The notes under the pieces were generated by a model. That model worked only from the letters and a program-made list of their open reading frames with translations. It searched no databases and was not told where the DNA came from. From contig JAYTHE010000016.1 in NCBI GenBank assembly GCA_043732705.1, positions 1 to 60,583 of the forward strand: a stretch of 60,583 nucleotides of DNA, in the 5' to 3' direction. The position numbers and the translations under genes are program-made. The stretch is from Candidatus Omnitrophota bacterium. GTDB lineage: Bacteria; Omnitrophota; Omnitrophia; Omnitrophales; Aquincolibacteriaceae. Below are positions 9,146 through 20,040 of this stretch, piece by piece (positions within the stretch are counted from its first letter, which is position 1; each line of letters begins with the position of its first letter).

Positions 9146-11446
9146 ATGTTTGAACGCTTAAGCCGGGCCACGGTTTATTTCCGTTGGCCGCTATTTATAA
9201 TCTTTGTCGGCGTCACCATTTTCTTCGCGCGCCAAATGCCGCATTTGGTGATCGATCCCACCATGGATTCGCTTTTTGTCAAAAGATCGCCTGAGTTTCA
9301 ATACTACGCCGAATACCGCGCGAAATATGGCAGCGATCAAATGGTGGTGATTGCCATGGCAACGCCGGATCTTTTTACGCAGGAACGCCTTGCTAAATTA
9401 GAAGACCTTTCCAAAGCGGTTTCTGAATTTCCGGAAGTGGAGCATGTTTACAGTTTGGCGTCGGTGATGGATCTTAAACATAAATTCCTTGGCGTAGAAA
9501 TGGTCCCTGCGATTGATTCCGCGATGACGGGTTACCGCAAAATGTCCGATCTCAAAAAAGATATATTAGCAAACGAACTTTATGTCAAAAACCTTGTTTC
9601 GGCGGATGGAAAGCATGCCACTATTCTCATTTATTTAAAACCCGAATTGGGACGTACCGGGCTTGACCGTGATTTTGTGGGGAAATTACAGGAAACATTG
9701 CTGCGTTATCGTTCGCCTGACGTTCAGTTTTATTTGGCGGGCGCGCCCGTTGAACAGGTTGATTTCATTAACATGATTAACCGCGACCAATTTGTGTTTG
9801 TGCCGCTGATTGTGCTGCTGCTTATGTTTTCTATTTTTATGATTTATCAAAGCCTGCTGTGTGTCGTGCTTGCGATGGCATCGGTACTGATGACGCTTGT
9901 TTGGACCATGGGCAGTATTGTTGTCATGCATAAAGACATCAATCTTGTGACATCGCTTTTGGGGCCGGTGATCATGATTGTCGCGGTGGTGAACTCCATT
10001 CACTTTATTAATTTATTCGTGCTGATCCGCCGCCATCATCGCCGTGATCCCAAAAATATCAAATTTGCGATTTTGATCACCATGAAGCAGCTTTCCAAAC
10101 CCTGTTTTTTGACTCACTTCACGTCGATTCTCGGGTTCGCATCGTTGCTTTTTGACCCCGTTCCCGCAATTCAAGATTTTGGGCTTTTCGCAAGTCTTGG
10201 CACTTTCTATTCTTTTGTGATTCATATGGTTGTCATTCCCGTACTGCTGCCCGTTTTGCCCATCGCGCTTTTTCAGGACGGAAAAGGGAATTTATGGATT
10301 GAGCGCATGATCGTACGTTTTATTGAACATATTGAATTTCGCATGCGCCGCCTCATTATTTTGGTTACGATTTTGCTTGTCCTGGTTGCCGTGTATGGTT
10401 TGCGTTCACTTGAGGTGGATACGAGTTTGGTCCGCCAGCTTAAACCCACCTCCACCTTGGCTAAGGCGACGCACTTTATTGATGACCATGTGACGGGTGT
10501 TTACACCATGGCCTTTATTTTCAGAAGAAAAGACGGTAAGCCGTTTCTCGATCATGACTCACTTCAGAAAATCGAAGATTTTAAAAATGAAGTTGAAACT
10601 TTGCCCGATGTCAGAAAAGTCAATTGCATCACCAGCCTCGTGAAAAAGATTAATTTAGCAGTAGAGAATAAACCGGAAGCTTACAAAATCCCTGACGACA
10701 ACAAACGCATCGATACTTATTTGAATGAAATGTTGAAACGCAGCCGTACGGATACTTTGCAATGGATTTCGCATGATTTTCAGGAAGTGCGGATGGAAGC
10801 GCGCATTCGGGCGGTAGGGACGCGTGACGGGGATGTGCTTGAGACTAATATCCGTGAAATGATTCGTCAGCGGTTATCAAAAGACTTTGACTGCGAGATC
10901 ACCGGCAATATTACCTTGCTCGGGAAAATGGCTAAAAAGCTTGTTGATTATCAAATGCGCGGTTTTAGCGTTTCATTTTGCGCGATCCTGCTGCTTGTGA
11001 TGATTTTTTTTCGTTCCATTCGTATCGGTTTATTGGCGGCCATTCCCAATTTGCTTCCGATCATTCTTGTTTATGGAATGATGGGCTTTTTAAAAATAGA
11101 GCTTTCCATGCCGACGGCCATGATTTCAGGTATTGTGTTGGGGTTGGTGGTGGACCAGGCGATTCATTTTCTGAACCGGTTTAAAATCGAATTTAATAAG
11201 CGCAAGAACTATCTACTCGCGCTGCATTATACGTACCGCTATGTTGGCACTTCGCTGGTGACATCCAACCTGATTCTTTGCATTGGCTTTGCGTCGAGTA
11301 TTTTTGCCAGCTTTCGTCCCACGGTTCATTTTGGTTTGCTTACGGCGCTGACAATCTTTATTGCGCTATTTTGTACGCTGATTTTGATGCCGGTGTTTCT
11401 CGTTTGGATGAAACCATTTGGACAACCCCGCCTTTTCATCAAATAA
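9146..11446 (+). CDS. MMPL/RND-family lipid exporter
   Basis: Two repeats of TM + periplasmic loop + TM bundle; GLVVDQAIHFL; GFASL. Confidence 0.88.
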   Translation: MFERLSRATVYFRWPLFIIFVGVTIFFARQMPHLVIDPTMDSLFVKRSPEFQYYAEYRAKYGSDQMVVIAMATPDLFTQERLAKLEDLSKAVSEFPEVEHVYSLASVMDLKHKFLGVEMVPAIDSAMTGYRKMSDLKKDILANELYVKNLVSADGKHATILIYLKPELGRTGLDRDFVGKLQETLLRYRSPDVQFYLAGAPVEQVDFINMINRDQFVFVPLIVLLLMFSIFMIYQSLLCVVLAMASVLMTLVWTMGSIVVMHKDINLVTSLLGPVIMIVAVVNSIHFINLFVLIRRHHRRDPKNIKFAILITMKQLSKPCFLTHFTSILGFASLLFDPVPAIQDFGLFASLGTFYSFVIHMVVIPVLLPVLPIALFQDGKGNLWIERMIVRFIEHIEFRMRRLIILVTILLVLVAVYGLRSLEVDTSLVRQLKPTSTLAKATHFIDDHVTGVYTMAFIFRRKDGKPFLDHDSLQKIEDFKNEVETLPDVRKVNCITSLVKKINLAVENKPEAYKIPDDNKRIDTYLNEMLKRSRTDTLQWISHDFQEVRMEARIRAVGTRDGDVLETNIREMIRQRLSKDFDCEITGNITLLGKMAKKLVDYQMRGFSVSFCAILLLVMIFFRSIRIGLLAAIPNLLPIILVYGMMGFLKIELSMPTAMISGIVLGLVVDQAIHFLNRFKIEFNKRKNYLLALHYTYRYVGTSLVTSNLILCIGFASSIFASFRPTVHFGLLTALTIFIALFCTLILMPVFLVWMKPFGQPRLFIK

Positions 11447-11568
11447 AACTGCCTCTAAGTGCTCATCTGCGTCGTTGCAAACTTCGCAACTCTCGTCAAC
11501 GTATTACCCGTATACGCCTCCTCGACTGCTTGTTTGCGCCTTGCATCTAAACACTTATAGGCAGTTTT
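11445..11568. repeat. Family B hairpin element, copy 2
   Basis: Terminal IR AAAACTGCCTCTAAGTG/CACTTATAGGCAGTTTT (16/17); core shared with 7495-7617. Confidence 0.8.
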
Positions 11569-11691
11569 GGGTTGGTTTATCGCTATGTTTTTTGGCGGAC
11601 TTTTGCGGCGAATAATTCTAGTCTTCAGTCTTGGGTCAATAATCTATATAATGCGCCTTTACCAAATCCGATTTTTGAGGGGTTATCGATC

Positions 11692-13113
11692 ATGGAAGAG
11701 AGAGAGTACGGCCAGCGTTTTTTACCCAAACAGTCGATTGCGGATATTCGCGCCGCTTTTGAAGCCGGCAAGAAAGTTAAAATTGCGGGACGTTTGATGA
11801 CCATCCGTCAAATGGGTAAAAGTATTTTTGCTGACGTCAAAGATCAGGACGGGCGGATTCAGATTTATGTGAAAGGCGATGCAGTCGGCGAAGAGCCGTT
11901 TAATCATTTTAAAACGCTGAAGATGGGCGACATTGTTGGTATTGAAGGCGAGCTCTTCACTTCCAAAATGGGTGAGATGACCGTTAAAGTTGAATCTTAC
12001 CAAAGACTTTCCTCGATTGTGCGTCCGATGCCCGAAAAATGGCATGGATTAAAAGACGTCGAAACCCGTTACCGCCAACGTTATGTTGATTTGATCGTTA
12101 ACGATGATGTGCGCCAAGTTTTTAAAACCCGCAGTTTGATCATGCGCGAAATCCGCAAATTTTTGGACGCACAAGGCTTTATGGAAGTTGAAACCCCGAT
12201 GATGCAGCCGCTTGCCGGCGGCGCGCGCGCCAGGCCCTTTATGACCCATCACAACACGCTTGAGATGGATCTTTACATGCGCATTGCGCCTGAACTTTAT
12301 CTCAAACGGCTTTTAGTCGGCGGTTTTGAAAAAGTGTATGAGATTAACCGTAACTTTCGCAATGAAGGTATTTCGGTGCGTCACAATCCTGAGTTCACGA
12401 TGATGGAGCTTTATCAGTCCTACGCGGATTACCATGACATGATGGAAATCACCGAATCACTTGTGCATCATTTGGTCATGATGATTCACGGCAAAGATGA
12501 AATTCCATTCGGCGATAAAGTTCTTAGCTTTAAACGTCCGTGGAAACGGGTTTCTTTTTATGGGGCGATTCAGGAAGCGACCGGCATTGATTTGCGCAAA
12601 ACTTCGCCGAAGGAAGCCGCAGAGAAGCTGAATATGAAGCTTGATCCTAAACTCGAAGACGTTGACGTGTTGGATGAAATTTTTTCCGAAACTGTCGAAA
12701 AAGATTTAATCAATCCGACTTTCATCATTGATTATCCGACTGAAATGTCGCCGCTTGCGAAAGGACAGAAGGAAGACCCCTCGCTTGTTTACCGTTTTGA
12801 ACTTTTTATTTCCAAGATGGAAATTGCGAATGCGTTTTCAGAGCTGAACGATCCTTTTGTCCAGCGCGAACGACTTGAAAGCCAGCGCGATGTCATCGGC
12901 GAAAATAAAGAAATTGACGAAGATTTTTTAACGGCGCTTGAATACGCAATGCCTCCCGCGGGCGGACTCGGTATCGGCATTGACCGCTTAGTCATGCTCT
13001 TAACCAATCAAGAATCCATCCGTGAAGTGATTCTTTTTCCGCTTTTACGCCATGAAAAAAAGCAGGCGGCCGCGGAAGCTTCTTCCGCAACTGAAGAACA
13101 AACAGAAATATGA
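11692..13113 (+). CDS. lysS: Lysine--tRNA ligase (class II)
   Basis: OB domain; RYRQRYVDLI, LYMRIAPELYLKRL, FRNEG, HNPEF, GLGIGIDRL; GAGGGG SD before ATG 11692. Confidence 0.97.
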   Translation: MEEREYGQRFLPKQSIADIRAAFEAGKKVKIAGRLMTIRQMGKSIFADVKDQDGRIQIYVKGDAVGEEPFNHFKTLKMGDIVGIEGELFTSKMGEMTVKVESYQRLSSIVRPMPEKWHGLKDVETRYRQRYVDLIVNDDVRQVFKTRSLIMREIRKFLDAQGFMEVETPMMQPLAGGARARPFMTHHNTLEMDLYMRIAPELYLKRLLVGGFEKVYEINRNFRNEGISVRHNPEFTMMELYQSYADYHDMMEITESLVHHLVMMIHGKDEIPFGDKVLSFKRPWKRVSFYGAIQEATGIDLRKTSPKEAAEKLNMKLDPKLEDVDVLDEIFSETVEKDLINPTFIIDYPTEMSPLAKGQKEDPSLVYRFELFISKMEIANAFSELNDPFVQRERLESQRDVIGENKEIDEDFLTALEYAMPPAGGLGIGIDRLVMLLTNQESIREVILFPLLRHEKKQAAAEASSATEEQTEI

Positions 13114-13122
13114 TATTGATTA

Positions 13123-13211
13123 GTTCGGAGTTCGGAGCCCGGAGTTCGGAGAGTGTTTTAGCCTTGAGTTCTTTATTCCCGCGAACCTCGGGGCGCGGGC
13201 CTCGGGCCTAG
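13123..13211. repeat. Family E heptamer tracts
   Basis: CGGAGTT CGGAGCC CGGAGTT CGGAG ... CCTCGGG GCGCGGG CCTCGGG CCTAG. Confidence 0.7.
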
Positions 13212-13213
13212 TT

Positions 13214-14521
13214 ATGAGTTACGCTTATTTTATTGCCAATCGCCATCTCACGCGCCGCCGCAAAAAGGGTTTTATTTCGTTGATTTCGCTCATCTCAATC
13301 GGAGGTGTGGGCGTAGGCGTCATGGCATTGATCGTGGTGCTTGCCGTCATGGGTGGTTTTGACCGCGAACTTAAACGCAAAATTGTGAATGTTCAACCTC
13401 ATCTGCGCATCGAAAAAGTCGGCGGTATCGACGATGCTGTGTCTGAAATTCAACGCGTTAAAACATTTTGCGCGAATGACTTGCTTTCCGCATCCGCTTT
13501 CATTGAAGGTCAGGCAATTTTAAAATCCGGTTCAAACGCGAGCGGCGTTGTTATTAAAGGTGTAGATACGGAACGCGAAAGTCTCGATATCTTTAAAGAT
13601 CATTTGGTTGCGGGTGACCTGAGTTTTGATAGCACAACACATCAGGAAACCAAACGCAGTTTTATTGTCTTTAAGAAAACGGTTTCTTATGACTATGGCG
13701 GGATTCTGCTGGGTAAATACTTAGCACGTTCGCTCGATGTGAAAGTCGGCGATGTGGTGCAATTTATTTCGCCTGCAGCCGCAAAGATTGAAAATATCAA
13801 TCTTTTAAATCTGAAAATCGACAGCTATCCGTTTATTGTCCGCGGAATTTTTAATGTCGGTATGAATGAATTTGATTCGCAGTTGGCTTTAATCGAGCTC
13901 AAACAGGCTCAAAAAGTTTATCAACTTGGCAATAAAGTTACAGGGATGAGTTTGCGTTTCAAGGATGTGGATCGCGCGGAAAGCATCAAGTGGGAGCTGA
14001 CTCAGCATTATTCATCCGACTATTACTTCCGTTCCTGGTTCGACATGAACTATAGTTTTTTTCGCGCGTTAAAAGTTGAAAAAAGTGTGATGACCATTTT
14101 ATTGGCACTGATTATTTTGGTCGCAGCGTTCAATATTGTTTCAACGCTGACCATGGTCGTTATGGAAAAGACAAAAGACATCGGCATTTTGCGCGCGATC
14201 GGGGCAACGCGTTTTGGAATTGCCAGAATCTTTTTGATCGAGGGTTTTTCGATTGGTTTTTTTGGAATTCTTTTCGGTACTATTGCCGGAGTATGGTTCG
14301 CTATGAATTTGAATCCCGTTGCGGACCTCATTAAAAAGACCACAGGGCTTGATGTTTTTCCGCGTGATGTCTATTTTTTTGAAAAAATTCCATCCGAGAT
14401 CCATGCGATCGATGTGGCCTGGATTGTTTTGTTTGCGATGCTTGCGTGTATTATCGCGGGGCTTTATCCCGCCTACCGTGCGGCGCATTTGAAGCCCGTA
14501 GAGGCTTTACGTTATGAATAA
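13214..14521 (+). CDS. lolE: Lipoprotein-releasing ABC permease LolC/E
   Basis: ISLISIGGVGVGVMALIVVLAVM; LIILVAAFNI; EKTKDIGILRAIG; PVEALRYE. Confidence 0.92.
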   Translation: MSYAYFIANRHLTRRRKKGFISLISLISIGGVGVGVMALIVVLAVMGGFDRELKRKIVNVQPHLRIEKVGGIDDAVSEIQRVKTFCANDLLSASAFIEGQAILKSGSNASGVVIKGVDTERESLDIFKDHLVAGDLSFDSTTHQETKRSFIVFKKTVSYDYGGILLGKYLARSLDVKVGDVVQFISPAAAKIENINLLNLKIDSYPFIVRGIFNVGMNEFDSQLALIELKQAQKVYQLGNKVTGMSLRFKDVDRAESIKWELTQHYSSDYYFRSWFDMNYSFFRALKVEKSVMTILLALIILVAAFNIVSTLTMVVMEKTKDIGILRAIGATRFGIARIFLIEGFSIGFFGILFGTIAGVWFAMNLNPVADLIKKTTGLDVFPRDVYFFEKIPSEIHAIDVAWIVLFAMLACIIAGLYPAYRAAHLKPVEALRYE

Positions 14522-15206
14522 GCCGCAAAGCTCTTCTGGATTGCTTTATGAGGTTCAAAATTTAAGCAAAGAATATGATTCGCCGGGCGGTACCTTGCAT
14601 GTTCTGAAGTCAGTCAACCTCGAAGTTTATCGCGGAGACTTAATTTTTATCATCGGACGCAGCGGCTGCGGAAAATCAACGCTTTTGCATTTGATGGCGG
14701 GCTTGGATGAGCCGACAAGCGGACGGCTTTTTTTTGATCAGGATGATTTTCTGCGTTTAAGCGAAAGACGCCGGACAAAAATTCGCAGTGAAAAAATCGG
14801 ATTGGTTTTTCAGTCGTATCATTTGCTGCCGGAGCTTACGGTGCATGAGAATGTGATTTTGCCGACGTTGATCGCAGGACGTAAAAAATCGGATTGGACC
14901 GAAGAGATTTTAAAAAAAGTTGAGCTCTTCAGCCGCCGGTATCATTTTCCGTCCGAGTTGTCGGGCGGGGAACAGCAGCGCGCCGCAATCGCGCGGGCAT
15001 TGGTCAATCGGCCGCGGCTTGTGCTTTGTGATGAGCCAACAGGCAATTTGGATTCGGAAACTGCTGAAAAGGTATTCAGCCTGATTAAGGACCTCAATGA
15101 AAAAGAGGGGCAAACATTTGTGATTGTGACGCATGACGAAAAACTTGCATTTAAGCATGAAAAAGTTTACCGTTTGGATGCGGGTGTGCTTACGAAGGCC
15201 CGTTAA
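14514..15206 (+). CDS. lolD: Lipoprotein-releasing ABC ATPase LolD
   Basis: [25 protein letters not shown]; follows lolE. Confidence 0.88.
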   Translation: MNKPQSSSGLLYEVQNLSKEYDSPGGTLHVLKSVNLEVYRGDLIFIIGRSGCGKSTLLHLMAGLDEPTSGRLFFDQDDFLRLSERRRTKIRSEKIGLVFQSYHLLPELTVHENVILPTLIAGRKKSDWTEEILKKVELFSRRYHFPSELSGGEQQRAAIARALVNRPRLVLCDEPTGNLDSETAEKVFSLIKDLNEKEGQTFVIVTHDEKLAFKHEKVYRLDAGVLTKAR

Positions 15207-15241
15207 TCTGGCATTATAATACCGGTGAGTAAGGAGTAATT

Positions 15242-16159
15242 ATGAGTATTCAAATTTATATCGATGGAAAATTTTACGCGAAGGAAGACGCGAAGATTTC
15301 AGTTTTTGATCATGGGCTGCTTTACGGCGACGGCGTGTTTGAGGGGATTCGCTCCTATAATTCCTGCATTTTTAAATTGGATGAGCATTTGGACCGCCTT
15401 TGGGAATCTGCGCACACTTTGATGATCCAGATTCCGATGACGAAGCTTGAAATGCAAAAAGCAATCATCGCAACGCTCAAAAAAAATAGCTTCACGGACT
15501 CTTATATTCGCGCGATTGTGACGCGCGGTGTTGGGGATCTCGGGCTTGATCCGTCGCTTTGCAAAATGCCTACGGTGATTATTATTACCGATAAAATTAA
15601 ACTTTATCCCGAATCACTTTATCAAAATGGTCTCAGCATTATTACTGTGCCGACCGTGCGCAATTTACCCGAAGCGGTTAATCCTTCGATCAAGAGTTTG
15701 AATTATCTCAATAACATTCTTGCGAAGATTGAAGCCAAGAACTCGGGCTGTGTCGAAGCCTTGATGCTGAATCATCAAGGTTATGTCGCGGAATGTACGG
15801 GTGACAACGTTTTCATGATTAAGCATGAAGGGGTATCCAAAAAGCCGATTCTTTTAACCCCGCCGACTTATTTGGGCGCGCTTAAGGGTATTACGCGGCA
15901 GGGAATCATCGAAATCGCGGCAAGGCAGAAAATTGTTTTTGAAGAAAGAACTTTGACCCGCCATGATCTTTTCAACGCGGATGAGGTTTTTCTTACGGGA
16001 ACCGCAGCCGAAGTGATCCCTGTCGTTAAAATCGACGGGCGTGTGATTGGAACCGGTAAGCCTGGTAAAGTAACCCAGCAGCTGCTTAAAGGGTTCCGCG
16101 AAATTGTGCTCAAAGACGGCGTGCGGTACACGCTTGGCTCGAAAGCGCACGGAGCATGA
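15242..16159 (+). CDS. ilvE: Branched-chain amino acid aminotransferase
   Basis: DHGLLYGDGVFEG, KSLNYLNN, GITR, FLTGTAAE. Confidence 0.95.
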   Translation: MSIQIYIDGKFYAKEDAKISVFDHGLLYGDGVFEGIRSYNSCIFKLDEHLDRLWESAHTLMIQIPMTKLEMQKAIIATLKKNSFTDSYIRAIVTRGVGDLGLDPSLCKMPTVIIITDKIKLYPESLYQNGLSIITVPTVRNLPEAVNPSIKSLNYLNNILAKIEAKNSGCVEALMLNHQGYVAECTGDNVFMIKHEGVSKKPILLTPPTYLGALKGITRQGIIEIAARQKIVFEERTLTRHDLFNADEVFLTGTAAEVIPVVKIDGRVIGTGKPGKVTQQLLKGFREIVLKDGVRYTLGSKAHGA

Positions 16160-16160
16160 A

Positions 16161-16262
16161 TCCCGTTAGAAGCTTAACCAATAATAATTTTCCTGATTCG
16201 AAAATGAGGGTTCGGGTTGTGCCGCAGAAGATTGCCCTTTATTTGTGGAGCTTCTAACGGGA
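16161..16262. mobile_element. Family C MITE-like element, copy 1
   Basis: TIR TCCCGTTAGAAGCT/AGCTTCTAACGGGA flanked by (A)TGAA direct repeat. Confidence 0.8.
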
Positions 16263-17323
16263 TGAAAATTGAAAAGCTGCTCACCCAAGACCCCATTTGG
16301 CATTCCGCCAAAGGCCCGCATGAAGACGTCGTGGTTAGCACGCGCATCCGTTTAGCGCGTAATGTCGAAGGTTTTTATTTTCCATCCCGTCTGAAAGGCA
16401 CTGAACGCCGCAAGCTTATCAAAAGCACGGAAGCCGCGATTAGAAACAAAGTCTTTTTTAAAGACTGCGAATTATTTCAATCGAATAAGCTGGAAGATGT
16501 TGAGCTGCAATTACTGCTTGAGCGGCATTTAATCAGCCGTGAATTTTCAAAAGATAAAGGCGAACGCGCTGTTTTGCTCGCGCCGGATGAATCACTCAGT
16601 CTCATGCTTATGGAAGAGGACCATGTCCGTCTGCAGGTTTTTGAAGCGGGTTTAAATTTAAAGCAGGCTTGGAAAAAGGCCAATGAAGCCGATGATCAAC
16701 TTCAGAAGAATATGCAGTTTTCATTTGATCCGAAAATTGGTTATCTTACGGCCTGCCCAACCAATGTCGGCACCGGTTTACGCGCCTCATGCATGCTGCA
16801 TATTCCTTGCCTTGTGATCACTAAGCAAATTCAAAAAGTTCTCCAGGCTCTGACTAAACTTAATTTAGCGGTGCGCGGCATGTTCGGCGAAGGTTCGCAA
16901 GCGCTCGGAAATTTTTTTCAATTTTCCAATCAAATGACTTTGGGACAGCCTGAAGCCGAAGTGATTGATAACCTTTTAAGCGTGATTGAACAGGTCGTCA
17001 GCCATGAACACGAAGCGATGGCGCAATTGCAGAGATCTAAGCCCTTTGAAATGGAAGACCAGGTTTGGCGGGCGGTTGGCTTACTTAAATCCGCGCGCGT
17101 AATCAGCTCCTCAGAAGCGATTAGCCTGCTTTCGATGATTCGTCTGGGCGTGAACTTGAAATATTTCGGCAAAACCCTCGATCATGCGCGGCTTAATCAG
17201 CTTTTTCTCTCGATCCAGCCGGGACATTTGCAAAAAAAGCGCGGAAAAGAGCTTTCCAGCCCTGAACGGGATTCCTATCGCGCTGAATTTATCCGCAAGC
17301 AGCTCTCTAAACTTATGCTTTAA
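16262..17323 (+). CDS. mcsB: Protein arginine kinase McsB
   Basis: STRIRLARN, EEDHVR, GYLTACPTNVGTGLRAS; upstream of clpC. Confidence 0.93.
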   Translation: MKIEKLLTQDPIWHSAKGPHEDVVVSTRIRLARNVEGFYFPSRLKGTERRKLIKSTEAAIRNKVFFKDCELFQSNKLEDVELQLLLERHLISREFSKDKGERAVLLAPDESLSLMLMEEDHVRLQVFEAGLNLKQAWKKANEADDQLQKNMQFSFDPKIGYLTACPTNVGTGLRASCMLHIPCLVITKQIQKVLQALTKLNLAVRGMFGEGSQALGNFFQFSNQMTLGQPEAEVIDNLLSVIEQVVSHEHEAMAQLQRSKPFEMEDQVWRAVGLLKSARVISSSEAISLLSMIRLGVNLKYFGKTLDHARLNQLFLSIQPGHLQKKRGKELSSPERDSYRAEFIRKQLSKLML

Positions 17324-17371
17324 AGGCCCTTTCGGCCTCCATTAAAGTCTATCGTCTAGAGACTCTAGTCC

Positions 17372-17380
17372 TGCTATAAT
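17372..17380 (+). promoter_or_regulatory. Extended -10 element upstream of clpC
   Basis: TGCTATAAT; strong SD GGAGGAG near 17421. Confidence 0.5.
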
Positions 17381-17434
17381 CACGCCGTTATTATATCGAT
17401 TTCATAAGACCCGTTTTTTGGGAGGAGTTATATT

Positions 17435-19945
17435 ATGTTTGATCGTTTTACAGAACGCGCTCGCAAAGTCATCATTCTTGCCAAGGAAGAAGCCAAACGC
17501 TTTAATCACGATTACATCGGCACGGAGCATATTTTGCTCGGCCTCATTAAAGAAGGCGAAAGTGTCGCTGCCGCGGTTTTACAAAACTTAGGCCTCTCAC
17601 TTGAAACCATCCGCCTCGAAGTTGAAAAGCTGGTGCAATACGGCCCGAGCACCATGGTTTCAGGCGATATTCCCTTTACTCCCAAAGCTAAAAAGGTAAT
17701 TGAACTCGCCATGGATGAAGCCCGTCGTTTGGGACATAACTACATTGGTACCGAGCATTTATTGCTGGGCTTGATCAAAGAAGGCGAAGGCGTTGCCAGT
17801 CACGTGCTTATGAATGTCGGTCTTGATTTGAATAAGGTGCGCGCGGAAGTCATTAAACTTTTAGGATCGGCTTCACCTCAGGGTGAGGGCGCGGAACCGA
17901 ATCCTGCGGTGGGTAATGGCGGCGGCAATTCAGGCGGGGGCAGTGGCGGCGGCGGGAGCGGCGGCAGCAGTAAAGCAAAAACAAAGACTCCGGCGCTTGA
18001 CGCATTTGGACGCGATCTTTCGACTCTCGCGCGCGAAAATAAATTGGATCCCGTCGTTGGGCGCGAAGATGAAATTGAACGCGTGATTCAAATTTTAGCG
18101 CGCCGCACTAAAAACAATCCCGTGCTTCTCGGTGAAGCGGGTGTCGGTAAAACCGCGATTGTCGAAGGTTTGGCGCAGCGTATTTTTTCGGGCGATGTTC
18201 CCGAAATTTTGCAGGATAAACGCATTGTTGTGCTTGATCTCGCACTGATGGTTGCGGGCACGAAATACCGCGGACAATTTGAAGAGCGTATCAAAGCGGT
18301 GATGGATGAAATCCGCCGCAGTGAAAATGTTATGATTTTTATCGACGAAATTCACACGCTTGTCGGCGCCGGCGGAGCGGAAGGCGCAATCGACGCGTCC
18401 AATATTTTGAAGCCTGCGCTCGCGCGTGGTGAGATTCAATGCATCGGTGCGACGACGCTTGATGAATACCGCAAATATATCGAAAAAGACGCCGCGCTTG
18501 CGCGCCGCTTTCAAACGGTTATGGTGGATCCGCCGTCCGTGGATAATGCGATTTTAATTTTAAAAGGTTTGCGCGACAAATATGAAGCGCATCACAAGTT
18601 AAAAATTACCGATCAGGCGATTGAAGCCGCGGTGCGTTTTTCGGACCGTTATATCACCGGCCGTTTTCTTCCGGATAAGGCAATTGACGTGATCGACGAA
18701 GCTTCTTCGCGCGCGCGCCTTTCGGTGACGACTTTGCCGAAGGATCTTAAAAAGCTTGAAACTGAAATCGAAGCCCTGAAGAATGAAAAAGAAGGCGCGA
18801 TCAAAGGCCAGGATTTTGAAAAGGCGGCGCGTTTGCGTGATGAAGAGCGCAAAGCCAAAGAAAGGCTCGCTGGAATCAAGAAGACTTGGAAAGAATCCAA
18901 ATCAGAAATTGAAATCAGCGTATCAGAAGAAGACATTGCTTACGTGGTTTCAAAATGGACCGGGGTTCCGCTAGCGAAACTTGAAGAAAAAGAAACCTCG
19001 CGTTTGTTGAAAATGGAAGATGAACTGCATCGCGGCGTTATCGGACAGCATGAAGCGATTCACGCGATTTCGGACGCTGTGCGCCGCTCGCGCTCAGGTT
19101 TGCGCAATCCCAAACGTCCGATCGGATCTTTTATTTTTCTCGGGCCCACCGGTGTGGGTAAAACGTTGCTTGCGCGTACGCTTGCCGAATTTATGTTTGG
19201 TGATCCGGACGCAACGATTGTCGTGGATTGCTCGGAATACGGCGAAAAATTTAACGTTTCGCGTTTGGTCGGAGCGCCTCCGGGATATGTCGGCTATGAA
19301 GAGGGTGGGCAATTGACCGAAAAAGTACGCCGCCGGCCTTATTCCGTGGTTCTTTTCGATGAAATCGAAAAAGCCCACCCTGATATTTTTAGCCTCTTGC
19401 TGCAGCTGATGGATGAAGGCCGTTTGACTGATTCCTTCGGACGTAAAGTTGATTTTCGCAACACGATTGTGATTATGACTTCGAATGTCGGTGTCGGTAT
19501 GTTGAAGAAGCAGGATTCGATGGGTTTTATTCAAGAGCGCGACGATGTTGATTATGAAAACATGAAAAAGAAACTTCTCGAAGAAACCAAAAAAGTGTTT
19601 CGTCCTGAATTTTTGAATCGCGTGGATGACATCATTGTTTTTCATCCTTTGCGTCGTCAGGATTTGGAACAAATTATTCATATTGAGCTCAAAGAAGTCC
19701 GCGACCGGCTCAAAGATAAAAAAATGGAACTTGTGATGACCGATGAAGTCCTCAAGTTTTTAATCGACGAAGGTTATGACCCCGTTTTTGGTGCGCGGCC
19801 GCTCAAGAGAACCATTCAAAAGTATATTGAGAATGTACTTGCGGAAGATATTCTTTCGGGGAAATTTAAAGACGGCGATAAAATCAGCGCCGAGCTGCAT
19901 GGCGGCCGGATTAATTTTGAAAAAGCAGTCACAAATATTGCCTGA
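17435..19945 (+). CDS. clpC: ATP-dependent Clp protease ATPase ClpC
   Basis: Two Clp-N repeats, [11 protein letters not shown] coiled coil, [12 protein letters not shown] loop. Confidence 0.97.
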   Translation: MFDRFTERARKVIILAKEEAKRFNHDYIGTEHILLGLIKEGESVAAAVLQNLGLSLETIRLEVEKLVQYGPSTMVSGDIPFTPKAKKVIELAMDEARRLGHNYIGTEHLLLGLIKEGEGVASHVLMNVGLDLNKVRAEVIKLLGSASPQGEGAEPNPAVGNGGGNSGGGSGGGGSGGSSKAKTKTPALDAFGRDLSTLARENKLDPVVGREDEIERVIQILARRTKNNPVLLGEAGVGKTAIVEGLAQRIFSGDVPEILQDKRIVVLDLALMVAGTKYRGQFEERIKAVMDEIRRSENVMIFIDEIHTLVGAGGAEGAIDASNILKPALARGEIQCIGATTLDEYRKYIEKDAALARRFQTVMVDPPSVDNAILILKGLRDKYEAHHKLKITDQAIEAAVRFSDRYITGRFLPDKAIDVIDEASSRARLSVTTLPKDLKKLETEIEALKNEKEGAIKGQDFEKAARLRDEERKAKERLAGIKKTWKESKSEIEISVSEEDIAYVVSKWTGVPLAKLEEKETSRLLKMEDELHRGVIGQHEAIHAISDAVRRSRSGLRNPKRPIGSFIFLGPTGVGKTLLARTLAEFMFGDPDATIVVDCSEYGEKFNVSRLVGAPPGYVGYEEGGQLTEKVRRRPYSVVLFDEIEKAHPDIFSLLLQLMDEGRLTDSFGRKVDFRNTIVIMTSNVGVGMLKKQDSMGFIQERDDVDYENMKKKLLEETKKVFRPEFLNRVDDIIVFHPLRRQDLEQIIHIELKEVRDRLKDKKMELVMTDEVLKFLIDEGYDPVFGARPLKRTIQKYIENVLAEDILSGKFKDGDKISAELHGGRINFEKAVTNIA

Positions 19946-19953
19946 TATGTTTA

Positions 19954-20013
19954 GCTCCGGGCTTTGCCCAACCGCGAGTTTGCTTTTTCGCTCTGCGCTT
20001 TCTGCGCAACCGC
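19954..20013 (+). repeat. Two tandem Family A repeats
   Basis: GCTC-CGGGC-TTT-GCCCA-ACCGC (19954-19975) and GCTC-TGCGC-TTTCT-GCGCA-ACCGC (19990-20013). Confidence 0.8.
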
Positions 20014-20040
20014 ACGGCGTTCAAAGATAAGGCTAAATAA

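Noticed and set aside
11572-11691. 40-aa N-terminal extension of LysS in the ORF track
   Set aside because: No LysS-like residues; a good SD precedes ATG 11692
16217-16261. McsB N-terminal extension MCRRRLPF
   Set aside because: Lies inside the Family C element; the likely start is ATG 16262
17905-17972. Gly/Ser run in ClpC
   Set aside because: Low-complexity linker between the N-domain and AAA1, a normally variable region; no hairpin repeat
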